Shown here in pieces: positions 12,981 through 26,584 of a stretch of DNA of 64,000 nucleotides. Source of the DNA: Octopus vulgaris (Eukaryota); NCBI GenBank assembly GCA_951406725.2, contig OX597836.1:31372001-31436000 (forward strand), in the 5' to 3' direction. Below the pieces are notes generated by a model. The model did not search any database. It had not been told where the DNA came from and saw only the letters and a program-made list of their open reading frames with translations. The position numbers and the translations under genes are program-made. Every line of letters starts with the position of its first letter. Position 1 is the first letter of the stretch.

Positions 12981-14079
12981 ACTATATCAGTTAATATTCC
13001 CAACAAGGCAACAAAGAGAGGGCAGCAATAACTCAGTCAATTTTATGTACTCTAATTCTTTGACTGACACTTTATTTCATCAACAATGTTGAAAGGATAA
13101 ATTGCAGAAATTTAACTCCAGTAGGAACTGAACCCAGAACAGAAAAGAATCAGAACTAATCGTTAAATACCTGAAGGCATTTTCCCCTCATATAGTAACA
13201 GATGTGCTAATTCTGGAATCACAAATAAAACCTCCCAGGAAATGAAATTTTTCATACTCATCTCACAAATATGCTATAATGAGAGCGAAAAGTTTCTTTT
13301 ATAAAAATATAACAAAAGAGAGAGAGGAGTGGAGGGGGAGTTAATTACAAGCGCAAAATGATGATGCTAAAATATTTTTAAAAATAACAATAGCCATCAT
13401 CATCATCTTCATCATCGCCATCCATCTTTCAGTTTTTGTCAATGGCGCTGCTAATGTATCAGAATTGCCTTTGTTCTTTTTTGCTTGTTAAGTCATTTCC
13501 TTTGTACAAACCTTCTTCAATTTATTTCCACGTCTCATCATGGAGCTGAACCTGCTAGAAAAAGCAGCTGATTCCTTCACAATACACTCTGGACTGAACT
13601 GGATTGGATAGTCCATGTTCAGTCCACTGCAGGACAAGAGCCTCAGCATGTTCTACCAACCATGGTCCGATGCGGAGGCCATGAATTTGAGCTTGAAATC
13701 ATACTGGCTTGATAAGCCTATCTCCCACACTGGCTCAACATGGCTTGGCAGAGGGGCGCAGTTTTTATACTCTTACCCAGGAGTAGCTAAGTCGATTACA
13801 TTGACCCCAGTGCTCAACTGGTACTTATTTCATCGACTCTGAAATGATGAAAAGCGAAATTGACCTTGGCTGAATTTATACTCAGAGCATTTAGACGGGT
13901 GAAATACAGCTAAGTATTTCACCCAGCTTGCTAACAATTCTGCCAGCTCACACGTGTGTATGTGTGGTGGTGGTGGTGGATACATTGGGGAGTGCAATTC
14001 TAAATATATAAAACAACAGGATGGGCCATGGCTGGAATGCTGTTGATCACTGGTTCTCTGCAGTTAGAGCAGACCTAAA

Positions 14080-14292
14080 AGTAACCCTTTACTATTCAGA
14101 TTAGTCAAATGTAATACTTATTCATTCACATTGTTTTTAAATTAGTCAGGCATTATCTTGCAGCTTTGAGATTTTGATGATGTGATTGTATATTTTTTTA
14201 ATGAATTGTAGGGTAGGTCTGAGAAGGCTGGTTTGGGTATAAAACAAGAATATTTGAGCCAGATATGGCCAGTTTAAATGTTAAAGGGTTAA
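14080..14292. mobile_element. piggyBac-type (TTAA) MITE of about 215 bp
   Basis: Ends taaccctttt..attc / aatgttaaagggttaa; at least five copies in the window. Confidence 0.75.
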
Positions 14293-14658
14293 ACAGCAAC
14301 TATAGACAGTGTAGTATATATGTGTATGGTGGTTTCAGTCACCAAGATTCTTCTTAACAATAGCCAAAAGAGGAAGTACTGGAAAAATTATTTGATGATG
14401 TCAAGACAAAGAGGATGTAGGATGAGAAAGTTGGCCAAGTGGAGAAAACCAGGACTTCAAGTCTGTTCCATATATGTACGTGCTTTATTCCTTAAGTGGT
14501 TTCTGACTCATCTAGTTCGCTGTTATACATTCGAGAGACAGGTATGTCTGTCTGTACATGCAAAAATTCCCCGACACATCATGTTTGATACAAATTCAAG
14601 TGTTGGCCATTAAAAGGTTTCTGAGGGATTAGAAAGTGTGGAATCAAGAGGACAAATG

Positions 14659-14731
14659 CTATTCACCAGATACACAGAACAACAAAAGAGAGTTTATTAA
14701 TAGAATCCTGCTCAGAATCTGGTTTTTATCA
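14659..14731 (-). CDS. Candidate terminal exon (phase 2: DKNQILSRILLINSLLLFCVSGE*)
   Basis: Long polypyrimidine tract then gacag; the other two frames close within 6 codons. Confidence 0.3.
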
Positions 14732-14863
14732 CTGTCGTCACCAACAGGAAAGGAAAAGAGGAGGGGAAAAAGCAATTGGATGTTAAAGACAACAATTGGA
14801 TATGTGTAGGATAGATGATTGTACTGGTGAGCAAAGGATGCTATTCATGTACATATGAATAGG

Positions 14864-15024
14864 TGCAGGCATGCTATTTATATATAGATATAGGTGCTTC
14901 CCAACCACGTGGTTTCAGGTTCAGTCCAATTGTGTGACACCATGGGCAAGTGTCTTCTACTATAGCCTTGGGCCAACCAAAGCCTTGTGAGTGGATTTGG
15001 TTGACGGAAACTGGAAGAAGCCAT

Positions 15025-15077
<53 letters not shown>

Positions 15078-15120
15078 CTATATGTGTGTCTGTGTGCGTG
15101 TTACTGTCTCCTTGCCTTGA
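14864..15120 (+). mobile_element. SINE family B
   Basis: tgggcaagtgtcttctactatagcc..gtgagtggatttgg. Confidence 0.85.
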
Positions 15121-15329
15121 TCAGTTGATCAGGCAAGGCAGTTGGCATTTACAGCTCAATCAAACACAGTAACTCTTAATATGAAAAACAAATGATAAGC
15201 CGGTATTAACAGAGTTAAATAGGTTAACTAGAAATACTTATATAATTAATACTAGAAATAATTACAGGTGAAGAAAAAAATTATATTTAATCAAAGACTA
15301 ATATATTTTTTGTTTTTTCAGTAATTACA

Positions 15330-15655
15330 TGAGCCAGCTTTGGGCATATTTCAGTCTTATTCTAAACTCTTTAATAAAAAAGCCTAGTACTTATTCTATC
15401 AGTCTCCTTTGGTGACTTAAAGGGATGTAAAAAGACCAACACCGGTTGACAAGTGGTGGTGGGGGACAAAGAAAGAAAGACACACAAATACACACACACA
15501 TTGGGTTTCTTTCAGCTTACATCTCCCAAATCTACTCACAAAGCTTTGGTTGGTCCAAGGCTCTTGTAAAAAGATTCTTACCCAAAGTACTGTGCAGTGG
15601 GACTGAACCCAAGACCATGCAGTTGAGAAGCAATCTTCTTACCACATGGCCATGC
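15330..15655 (-). mobile_element. SINE family B, degenerate
   Basis: cctagtacttattctatc..cagtgggactgaacc. Confidence 0.75.
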
Positions 15656-16265
15656 TAAGCAAACACTAAAAAACCCAATCATCTTTCTAGTGAGAAGGAA
15701 GTAAAAATAGACTCAATGACTAATGTTCATCAAATAATCACCAAGTCTTTATTTCCCTGTCCTCATTATAAAGGTAACTTTAATGAATTGAAATTTATTT
15801 GCTCACTGTATTAATTATGTGAGCACTCAGAACTTTATAGGAGATATGCTAATGTTGCCTCCTTTAATAGCTTGCATCTAATTATATCCAAAAACAACAA
15901 TTGATTAAAACAGGTCTATGTGAATAGGAAAAATTTATGGCACTCTCTCTCTCAAGATATATAATCACTGATGTTACATCTTGATGTTCACCAAAATAGT
16001 TAGACCATCTTCAAATTAATACGATTGTTTTTTTTTATTGTTTGTTCGTTTGTTTTTCTGTGAACCACCTGAAAAGGTGATGCTCAAGTTTTTTCCCACA
16101 CTTGACATTTCACCTTGACCATCGGAACGAGCAACAAAATGTCAGATTTAACAGGTAGGCTGTCCTTCTGGCCTGCCCATTAGATGTTTATTTTTGAAGT
16201 TTCACATCAATTTTAACAATCTCATCATATAAGAGACAGATAGACAGAAGGAAAGAAAGGGAGAG

Positions 16266-16297
<32 letters not shown>

Positions 16298-16377
16298 CAA
16301 CCAAATATTTCTCGAAGCTACTTATAACCCACTTACATTAATTACACTACAGCAAACTGAATTTTATCAAGTTTTAA

Positions 16378-16606
16378 TTTAACCCTTTTGCATTCAGATC
16401 ACTCTGTCAAATGTCATGCTTATTTATTCACACATTGTTTGGAATTAATCATGCATTATCTCGTAGCTTCAAGATTTTGATGAGGTGAGTGGTAATTTTT
16501 AGAATGACATTGTAGGGTAGGTGTGAGAGACCGGATATGACCTGTTTGAACAAAAAACGGGTAGAATATTTGGGCTGGATATGGTCAGCTTAAATGCTAA
16601 AGAGTT
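16378..16606. mobile_element. piggyBac-type MITE copy
   Basis: ttaacccttttgcatt...aatgctaaagagttta. Confidence 0.75.
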
Positions 16607-18150
16607 TATCCAGAAAGAAAAAAAGGAAATGAAATGTCTTATAAAGATAAAGAAATATTTAACCAGACAACATATCAAGAAAGTTTTTTTGGGGTTTTCA
16701 TTTCAGAGAGGCAAGAAGACTGATGGAAAATAGAAAAGAATTAATCAGAGACTTTGGTTAGAGAAAATTAACCAGACATAAATATATGGCTTAGCAACTA
16801 TATGGCACCAGGTTCAATCCTACAGCATAGAACCTTGAGCAAATGTCTTCTTGAGAAATAGGCTTCATAAGGTCTTGTGAGTGAAATTTGAAAGAAATTC
16901 TATGCAAACCAGTTGTATAAATAATAAAGGTTTCTAATTTAGGATCAAGGCCTTCAGTTTTGAAGGGAGACCATTAGTTGATTACATCAATCCCAGTACT
17001 TGACCAGTACTTTTATTAACCGTAAAAGGCTGAAAGGCAAAGCTGACCTTGGTGGTTGACATTGCTTGTATGACAGGTGTTTCTTTACAATCTTCACATA
17101 ATGTCAAGACAAGGCCACACACAAACATAGACACATCAAGCTTCTTTCAGTTTCATTCTACTAAATCCACTCACAAGACTTTGGTCATCCCTGGATTATG
17201 GTAGAAGATAGTTGCCCTTGGTGCCACACACTGGGATTGAACCTGAGACCATATGGTTGGGAAGTAAGCTTCTTAACCATACATATATGCCTGACACTCA
17301 TATGCAAACTGAAACAGCAAAAAGATAGATGAAATAGTTACTGTTTAGCTGCCACTCATCCTCGTCAAGCAGGTGTCAGATCCAAAGTATTCTACCCTTG
17401 ACCCTTTTGTGCCCCAGACTACATTTTCCAGTATGTCATTCCTGTTTTAAGATGACTGAGTGTAGTATGAAGAAGATATGTTTGCTATTTCTAGCATGTC
17501 CAGTAACCATGTAAATGTTCTTATAGGAAGACAAAGTTTTGAAGAAGGAACATCATATACACCTCTCAGCCCAATTCCCAGAAATCCTCATTAAACTATA
17601 TTGTATAGGTGGTGGTTGTTGTTTAGTCCCCACCCAAGCCCTACCTGTTCTGTAAACCAATAAAGATGTTACAGTTGTGAATATTCAGTCTTTTAATACG
17701 TTTCTAGAACTATACCATTTAATATGTCTTTCCATGCTTTTAAGACACTAGGGTGTAGTTTGAGGGTGATTTGGTTGGTATTTCTAGCAGATCCAACCAC
17801 CTGATAGAGAAGGCATGGGCAACCCTTTATAAGATGCAGGTCAGGTCACATGAGACATGACTTATCATTAGGTGGGCCACACTACTACAAAAGAAAAAAA
17901 AACTCAAAAAATGTTAAGGAAGTCCCATGAGCCTCATGCAGGCACAGGTGACCCTTGATTGTGATAGAGCTTGAAGAGACTATCACTGGTTGGACTATTC
18001 TATGGATATAAAGAAGGACAGGGGTAATGCAGGTGAGAAGATTTGGATCAGCACTTCATCAGAGTAACAAAAAAGAGCATGGGTGGCCCGTTGCCAGTAG
18101 ACCTACTATGTGACCCAGAAAAATCAATTTGGTCAAGCAATTTCACTTAC

Positions 18151-18230
18151 TCAGCTAATGAACGAGTATCCTTGAGTTAGGCTAAAAATAGAACCAATCC
18201 CATTTCTCCACAACAGTTGTGTAACCTATC
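18151..18230 (-). other. Candidate 80-nt exon with stops in all three frames (terminal, poison or UTR exon)
   Basis: actttctcag acceptor and TGA|gtaagt donor on the minus strand. Confidence 0.35.
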
Positions 18231-18353
18231 CTGAGAAAGTTCACAAGGAAATGACGGAAACCCTTTTGATACCAACTTGCCAATACACACACCTTGGTTT
18301 CTGGATATAAAACCTCTTTTTGTTTTCAGTCTTGACACATTTAAACACGTCAA

Positions 18354-18450
<97 letters not shown>

Positions 18451-18860
18451 TACAGGTATGGCTGTGTGGTAAGAAGTTTGCTTCCCTACCACACGGTGCC
18501 AGGTTCAGTCCCACTGCATGGCACCTTGGGCAAGTGTCTTCTACTGCAGTCTCAGGCTAACCAAAATCTTGTGAGTGGATTTGGCAGTTGGAAACTGGAA
18601 GAAGCCCATCATATATATCATCATCATCATCATGTGTGTGTGTCTGCGTTTGTCCTGCACCACCATTTTGATAACTAGTATTGGTGTGTTTACATCCCTG
18701 TAACTTAGTGGTTCAGCAAAAGTGACCGATAGAATAAGTACTAGGTTTAAAAAAGTATATGCTGGGGTTGATTCATTTGACTAAAATTCTTCAAGGCAAT
18801 GCCCCAGCATGGCCGCAGTCTAATGACTGAAACAAGCAAACGTTAAAAGATAAAAGATAT
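18451..18860 (+). mobile_element. SINE family B, full-length
   Basis: Head, accttgggcaagtg core and aatgactgaaacaag tail. Confidence 0.9.
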
Positions 18861-18879
18861 ATTTTTCTTCTGTTGAAAT

Positions 18880-19555
18880 TCTTTAGGATTCAGATTTCTC
18901 TGAGAAATATAACATTTACCTTATTTTGAATTAATCATGTATTACCTTGTAGCTTCGAAATTTCAGCAGTGTTATTGTTTATTTGTAGAATGACATCGTA
19001 GGGTAGGTGTGAGAGGCCAGACCTGGTCGGTTTGAACATAAAGACAGGTAAAATATTTGGGCTGGATATGGCCAATTTAAATGCTAATGAATTAAAGAGA
19101 TGTTTCAAATAGACACTATATTCCCAAAATCATCTAAATATGAAAATGTCTTAAGTTATGTATCAAACATCATCTTAAGACATCCGTGTAATTTGTCTTA
19201 TGTTAACCCTTTAGCATTCGGATTACTCTGTCATATGTCATGCTTATTCATCCCGATTGTTACCTATTGTTTTGAATTAACCATGCATTATCTTATAGCT
19301 TCAGGATTTCAGTGATATGATTATATATATATTTAAATGACATTGTAGGGTAGGTATGAGAAGCTGGATCCACGCAGTTTGAACAGAAAACAAATAGAAT
19401 ATCTGGGCCAGATATGGCCGGTTTAAATGCTAAAGGCTTAAAGATATGTATCCAATATACACTATATTCCCCAAACCATTTAAATATTAAAAAATATCAT
19501 AAGTTATGTATCAAACATCATCTTAAGACATCAATGTAATTTGTCTTATGTTAAT
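18880..19555. mobile_element. Two piggyBac-type MITE copies within a roughly 345-bp tandem duplication
   Basis: MITE plus about 110 bp of flank ending aatttgtcttatgttaa occurs twice. Confidence 0.75.
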
Positions 19556-20639
19556 GGTATTTTTATTTTGTTACTTGTCTTAGTCACTGGATTGCAGCTA
19601 TTCTGAGAGTTTAGTTGATCAAGCCAACCCAAGCACCTGTTTATAAGAATAGTATTTATTCTACATCTCTTTTGATGAACTGCTAGGTTACAGGCGTATA
19701 TACAATCCAACATCAGTTGTCAAGTGGTGAGAGACAACAACAAGAATGCACACTTGCATAAGGAAGGGCAGCTTGCCAGCTGCAGTCAAAACCAGCCAGC
19801 ATGGAAGACAGACGTATGATGATTATAATGCGTTTCTAGCTAACTAGATCTACACACACACACACACACACACACACGTGTGATGGCCTATAGCAGAAGA
19901 CACTTGACCAAGATGCCTTGCAGTCGGATGAACCTGAAACCACATGGCTGTGAAGCAAACTTCATAAACCACACAGCAAGGCTTTTATCTATGTTTCTAA
20001 AACCATTTCAATAGACTAAAGTCCTCTGTTTTGCCCTAAATCCCTCCGAAATTGTTACATTAATTTCAAAATTAATTGAAATACATAGGTCGTGTGTGTG
20101 TGTGTGTGTGTAATAGTTGTTAAGCATGTGATTAAAAACATTATAGAGTTATAGATATAATTGGAAAGATTGTTATCTTCTCTGTTGTCCCATAGATAAA
20201 TCATTTCTGACAAGGAAACAAATTTATTACCAAGCAGGACAGAGATAAGAAACTTATTAAAAAAAACAAGATATTCATTAACATTTCTTGTGAGACTCTA
20301 AGAGAAATCCTCACAGCAGTAGCAGCTGGAATGAATAGTAGTACTAGTTTAGACCGGATCAGCCCTGATCCAGTAAACTTATCTCAGATTAAAGATATCC
20401 CAGCAATGAAATGACCATCCTGTCTGTTTTGTTTGTTTGTTTCTTGAGACAGAATATCTATGACTACATTTTCTCATGTATTCTTCTATTAAGAAAGATG
20501 TGATTCGCAGTAGATTTGGCTGCTTGCTTCAACAAGTTAAGCAACCAAAGAATTTACCAAGAGATTCAGTACTGTTTCTAGCAACAACTGCTCCCATTCC
20601 TACCATCAGCTGATGTAACATTGGCGGCAAGCTGGCTGC

Positions 20640-21540
20640 TAAAAGCAACACACTGGTATGGATAAGGACAGCTGTATAAAGAAGTGCCAATTTCTGACTG
20701 TGGAGGGAACCTGTCGAAAAGGTAGACCCAAGAAGACATGGGACGAGGTGGTGAAGCATGATTTTTAAACATTGTGCCTCACAGAGGCAATGACTAGTGA
20801 CCGATACTTTTAGTAATATGCCGTGCTTGAGAAGGCACATCAAGTCAAGTGAAACCATAGTCGTGGCCAATGCCAGCATCATGCAACTGGCACCCAAGCC
20901 AGTGACATGCAAAGAACACCTTTTGAATGCTGTGCCTCACGGAGGCAATGTGGCTACTGCCAATGTCATGTAACTAGCACCTGTGCTGGTGTCACATTAA
21001 AAGCACCTTTCAAGTGCTGGGCCACACAGAGGTAATGACAAATGACTGAGACCTTTGGTAATATGAAATGTTTGAGTAGACCCATCAAGCTTAGTGAAAT
21101 TGTACTTGTAGCAGATACTAGTGTCACACAACTGGCACTCATGCCAATGGCACGTAAAAGCACCCATTAAACTCAGCATTAGGAAGGGCATCCAGCTGTA
21201 GAAACCATACTAAATCAGGTGGCAAGCTGGCAGAAACGTTAGCACACCGGGTGAAATGCTTAGCGGTATTTCGTCTGCCGTTACGTTCTAAGTTCAAATT
21301 CCGCTGAGGTCGGCTTTGCCTTTCATTTTTTTGAAGTCGATAAATTAAGTACCAGTTACACACTGGGGTCGATGTAATCGACTTAATCCCTTTGTCTGTC
21401 CTTGTTTGTCCCCTCTGTGTTGAGCCCCTTGTGGGCAGTAAATAAATAAGAAACCATACCAGATCAGACTGGAGTCTGGTGCAGCCCTGGTCAAACTGCC
21501 CAACCCATGTCACTACAGACAATGGACATTAATGATGATG
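20640..21540 (+). mobile_element. RTE-clade LINE 3' end (ORF C-terminus, repetitive 3' UTR and (GAT)n tail)
   Basis: Translates to MDKDSCIKKCQFLTVEGTCRKGRPKKTWDEVVKHD, containing the RTE-type GRPxxTW motif; ends ggacattaatgatgatg. Confidence 0.85.
21219..21448 (+). mobile_element. SINE family A nested in the RTE 3' UTR
   Basis: Imperfect TSD agaaaccatactaaatcag / agaaaccataccagatcag. Confidence 0.9.
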
Positions 21541-22043
21541 AAAAACGAGAGAAAGCAAAAGATGAAGACTTTCAGATGAATATTTAAGTACAAATACATA
21601 GACATGTATATTAATAGATCCAACTTAAACAGAGTACAAACAACAGAAGTATGTGTGCGTGTATTATATGATACACACGCACACACACTCCCTTCAAGGG
21701 ACTTTTATTTACTAATTGCTTGGAAAATCTCAGGTGACTGAAGTTTTTCAACTCACTACGTCATGTAGGCAAGAGCATTTGCATATCAAATACAATCACA
21801 GGGAGACCTCCTCACATATGTGAAATGTGCCATGTTAAATGGTTGGATTAATTCAATGTCACGTAAGTATACAAGTAATCAAAAGATAATTCCCATGTTT
21901 GTTTGCTTTTTTTTTTATTATAAATTAGCCTTCAGATCATCCTTCTGTAACTACTTCATTAAAATATTAGCCTGTAAAGCTACATTAAACATTAACCAGG
22001 AATCTCATCAAATATCAATCAAAATCTTTTTTTTGTTTTTTTT

Positions 22044-22411
22044 ACTCTTTTACTTGTTTCAGTCATTTGACTGTGGCCATGCTAGAGCACTGCCTTTAGC
22101 CAAGAAAATCAACCCCAGGACTTATTTTTTGTAAACCTAGTACTTATTCTATCAGTCTCTTTTGCCAAACCACTACGTTATGGGGACATAAACACAGAAG
22201 ATGGGGGGACAAACACAGACACACAAACATACACATACATAAATATACATATATATATATATATACACACACACACATATATACATACATATATATGACA
22301 GGCTTCTTTCAGTTTCTGTCAATCAAATCCACTCACAAGGCTTTGGCCGGCCTGATGTAGTAGAAGACACTTGCCCAAGGTGCCACGCAGTGGGACTGAA
22401 CCTGGAACCAT
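22044..22411 (-). mobile_element. SINE family B
   Basis: tttacttgtttcagtcatttgactg..acttgcccaaggtgccacgcagtgggactgaacc. Confidence 0.9.
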
Positions 22412-22464
22412 CTTAATGACTAAAAATAAAAAGGAAAATTTCTTTCTCTCTCTCTCTCTATATA

Positions 22465-22506
<42 letters not shown>

Positions 22507-23378
22507 CGGTTAACGTCCGCTTTCCATGCTAGCATAATAGTAATAATAATAATATAAGCAGTATTTAAATATATATCAATAACTACAGTAAACATAGACA
22601 GGTAAACAGCTAGAAATAGCTGCAAGTTTTTCCACAGATGTTGACTTGTAAAAACTCAAGAGAAACATTCAAGATATCAGTTTTCACTGGTCTAGGAGGG
22701 CCTGCAAAGACCATGGACACTGCTTCTTTCTCCAAACTCAACAAATATTTAAAAAAATAAACAAATAATTTGAAAAAGCTAGTTTGTAAGATTTCATTTT
22801 CTGTATAAGCCATATATTTCAACAAATATATAAACCTGTTTAATAAGATCTGGGTCATATTTTTAACTGGTGCAGACAAACAAAACATTATATTTTATAT
22901 TTATATTTCATCTAGTTTCAGCTCACAAGCTGTGACCATCCTGGGGCACCGCCATTGTGAAAAAAAAAAGAAAAGAAAAGCAATTTAATTCTCTATTTTG
23001 CTGAGTAATCCATATAAAATAAATTTATGTCTTTTTCTCTTTTTTTTGTTTTGCTCCAGTTGTTCTGAGATTGCTGAAAGGTCACTTAAATTGAAGCAAT
23101 GAATCAAAACAAGTCGGCTTTGGCGGTTGTGTTATTGTTGGACCAGAGATATGGCAAGTAAAAAAAAAGAAAATGATTGCCGAGGGAGGGAGTGCACGAA
23201 CACATGGAATGAATAAATAACAGCAAAGCATTGTTGTTGCTGTTTACCCCTTCAGATCAGGTTTGATCATTTATGCTCAAAGACAAATTAGCCACAACCA
23301 TCCTATCATGCCTGTCCCGTCCTATATATTTTTTTTCTTTTTTAAAAGGCAGCAGAGTATGATTTAAGAGGAGAATTT

Positions 23379-23516
23379 ATTTCTTTACTACCCACAAGGG
23401 GCTAAACATAGAGGGGACAAACAAGGACAGACAAAGGGATTAAGTCGATTACATCGACCCCAGTGCGTAACTAGTACTTAATTTATCGACCCCGAAAGGA
23501 TGAAAGGCAAAGTCGA
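23379..23516 (-). mobile_element. 5'-truncated SINE family A with 10-bp TSD
   Basis: gaggagaatt on both sides. Confidence 0.85.
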
Positions 23517-24230
23517 GGAGAATTGGCAGCTAATTCTAGCAGGTTGAGCAACCATATAGATGCTTGCTCTCTGATTGGTACAGTATAGTATCCATTATAC
23601 ACTATGGTGTGGTACTGTAATTGTTTAACCACAGTTCATTCCTGATTGAAATAGATTTATCATCATTTTAACATTCACTTTTCCATGCTCACATTGGCCA
23701 GACAGAGTTTATTGAAGCAGACTTTCTATGGCCAGATGCCCTTCCTGTCACCAACCCTCACCTGTTTCCAGGCAAGGTAATATTTCCTTATGGCCAAAGT
23801 TTTTCTTGCATAATACTGGAAATGAATGACACAGCTACTGTGACAATTACACTCATAACTATCACACAATGTCAAAATAAGAAGATACACACACACACGC
23901 AACTGGTTTTACTCAGTCAACCAAATGCACTTACAAGGCTTTGGTTGATCCAGATTTGTAAGAAGACACTTGTCCTAGGCACCACAGTGGGACAGAACAC
24001 AGAACCAAACTTCTTACCACACTGCCACACTTGTACCTATAAACAAGGATATTTCAGCCAAGGTCATCTTGTCCTATTTTTTTTAGATCTATGGAACACG
24101 CGGTCAGATATATTTTCTTGGAATTGTTTTTAAGACAGCAGGGTGTATTGTGTGATCTGGTTGTTGTCTATAGCCTGAGAGATGATCTAAAGTTACATTT
24201 GTTACCTAAAAGCATGTCCTGTAACCTTAC

Positions 24231-24256
24231 CAGGAACCACTTTAGGTTTTAAATTT
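24231..24256 (-). other. Candidate 26-nt micro-exon (NLKPKVVP)
   Basis: ttttcttttgacattttag|AAATTTAAAACCTAAAGTGGTTCCTG|gtaagg; both splice sites near consensus. Confidence 0.45.
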
Positions 24257-24535
24257 CTAAAATGTCAAAAGAAAACAAGCTTCCTGTTTGAGCTGCCTCA
24301 CAGAAGCTCCCCTATTGGCTCACAGCATGAAGAGACATATGTGAATAACTTGATTTTTTTTAACGAGGTCATTAGCACACTACAGAACATTTATCTGCCA
24401 ATATACATTTGTACATTTTTGTTTTGCTTTGGGAGCGATCTAAGACAAAATACAAGAATATATCATTGGTTTGTTTTAACCATCACAACTAAGACTACAC
24501 TGGAGCACAGCATTCATAAACCTTCTTGGTTAAAA

Positions 24536-24687
24536 TTAAGTTTGGATACAATAAATTATTACAAGGGGGAAGAAAAAAATGACTACCAATGAGATTGAAC
24601 CCGCAAGTCCAAGTCTTGATATAGCAATTAGAAAAATAGAAATTTGTTCATATATATAACCTAAGTCTGTTACATTAACACAGGGCT
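24536..24687 (-). CDS. Candidate terminal exon with TM-like end (phase 1)
   Basis: ctttttctttcaaatttag acceptor; PCVNVTDLGYIYEQISIFLIAISRLGLAGSISLVVIFFFPLVIIYCIQT*. Confidence 0.25.
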
Positions 24688-24899
24688 CTAAATTTGAAAG
24701 AAAAAGGTTATAACAGAGATTTGAATCAATTCCAATATATAACTGATGCTTCATTTATATTAACTCAGGAAAAGATTGGTATCTGCCAAAGAGGGAAGCC
24801 TCCAAGTGGTTGACCAACCTACTAAACAGAAACAGTAGCTAATTCTTCCACAAATCACACTAAGTTACTATCTTAAAAATATATTCTCTTTATTCATAA

Positions 24900-25172
24900 G
24901 ACCTTGCAAAGTACTTGGTGACCCTGTCGTTGCTGGCATCACATAAAAAGCACTGGAGCAGGTGTCACATAAAAAAGCAATGGTGCTGGTTCCACTTAAA
25001 AAGCATCAAATACACAGTAAAGTGCTTAGTGTTAAGAGAGTAATCAAGCTGTAGAAATCATACCAAAACAGACATTGGAACCTGGTGCAGCTTGTGCTCT
25101 TGCCAGCTCCAGTCAAACCATCCAACCCATGGCAGTATGGAAACCAGATGCTAAATGATGATGATGATGATG
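24900..25172 (+). mobile_element. RTE 3' UTR, degenerate
   Basis: cataaaaagcac units, gctgtagaaa..ccatccaacccatg and a (GAT)n tail. Confidence 0.7.
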
Positions 25173-25214
25173 ACATACTGAATTACAGAACAATGAAATT
25201 ATGAGTGCAAACAT

Positions 25215-25278
25215 TTAATTATTTTTAGACAGAGCTCTGGCCCAGATGCCTGCAACATTGTGTACTCCAAAATCAACT
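25215..25278 (-). CDS. Candidate terminal exon (phase 2: VDFGVHNVAGIWARALSKNN*)
   Basis: Strong acceptor cttttactttttatttctccag; the phase-1 frame is also open for a similar length. Confidence 0.3.
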
Positions 25279-25789
25279 CTGGAGAAATAAAAAGTAAAAG
25301 CGAACCACAATAACACCTGATCTGTAAAAGAATGTCACTGAACAAAGCAAAGATACTTAGTCCAGTAAACATTATCAAACACATATGATGTATGTGCTTT
25401 GCTAGTTTGCCAGTAGGCTGCAATTTGGTGTGGGCAGGCAAGCAAAACACATACTTCGGGTATATGTGTTTGATAATGTCAACACCACTAGCACTGCTTC
25501 TAACTCACATTTGAACATAGTACAGTGTTCTGCTTTGGCCATTCTGCAGTACTTTAGTACAAGCCAATGAAGGAGACTATTTCAGGGCTGGAAGAACCAT
25601 TTTAGTACCAAGCACAAATTACAAGAGCATAAGAACCTGTAGGACTTCATCCTTAACCCCTTTTGTTACCATATTTCTTTTCAACCACACCATCTTTATT
25701 TTTATTTGATTTTGAAAATAATGAAGAATTTACTAAAATATCTTGGTCATTACTGCAGTAAGTGAAATATAAATTAAGATGAAATTTTC

Positions 25790-26220
25790 AGGCGCAAGAG
25801 TGGCTTACATGGTTCTGGGTTCTGGGTTCAGCGTAGGAGTAGCTGTGTGGTAAGTAGCTTGCTTACCAACCACATGGTTCCAGGTTCAGTCCCACTGCAT
25901 GGCACCTTGGGCAAGTGTCTTCTACTATAGCCACAGGCTAACCAAAGCCTTGTGAGTGGATTTGGTAGGCTGAAACTGAAAGAAGCCTGTCATATGTGTG
26001 TGTCTGTTTGTCCCCCACCATCATTTGACAACCAGTGTTGGTTTGTTTACATCCCTGTAACTAAGCAGTTCAGCAAAAGATACCAAACAATAAGTACCAA
26101 GTTTTAAATAAATAAAATAGTAGGGTAGATTCATTCAGTTAAGACCTTTCAAGGCACGACCCAAGAGTTGTTGCAGTTCAATGATAAACAAGTAAAAACA
26201 ATAAAAAAGAAAAGAAAAAG
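25790..26220 (+). mobile_element. SINE family B with duplicated head
   Basis: ggcgcaagagtggct.. followed by gcgtaggagtagctgtgtggtaag. Confidence 0.85.
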
Positions 26221-26433
26221 ATCTCTAGAAAGCAACTACATCTTAATTTCTCAGTTTTCCAGGTTTCTGTATCCAAAGACTAAGGCTGTTCCCCATTCAG
26301 CTAAGCTTTCACAAACCAGAAATCCAATGACAGCACACCCAACCAACAGATATTTAAACACAGATTATTGTTATCTTATATAATTGCATCTGTATGTGTG
26401 TGTGTGTGTGTGTGACTTTGTATAAACAACTAT

Positions 26434-26530
26434 TCATGATGAGACCAGAGCAAAGATAAGTAGTGCCAATTCTGGAGAATTGGACCAGCTGGGAAAACCA
26501 TTTACAATATAATACTCAAGTACTTGTAAC
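26434..26530 (-). CDS. Candidate terminal exon (phase 2: LQVLEYYIVNGFPSWSNSPELALLIFALVSS*)
   Basis: tatctaatttcatttag acceptor; other frames close early; hydrophobic end. Confidence 0.3.
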
Positions 26531-26584
26531 CTAAATGAAATTAGATAAGATGTCTGGTGTAAAATTTCATTGTCATCGTCGTCG

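Noticed and set aside
23060-23153. Plus-strand exon encoding AVVLLLDQRY, resembling a DDX11/XPD helicase motif
   Set aside because: The preceding helicase motif VI is absent, stops lie upstream in all frames and the donor would be GC; likely chance
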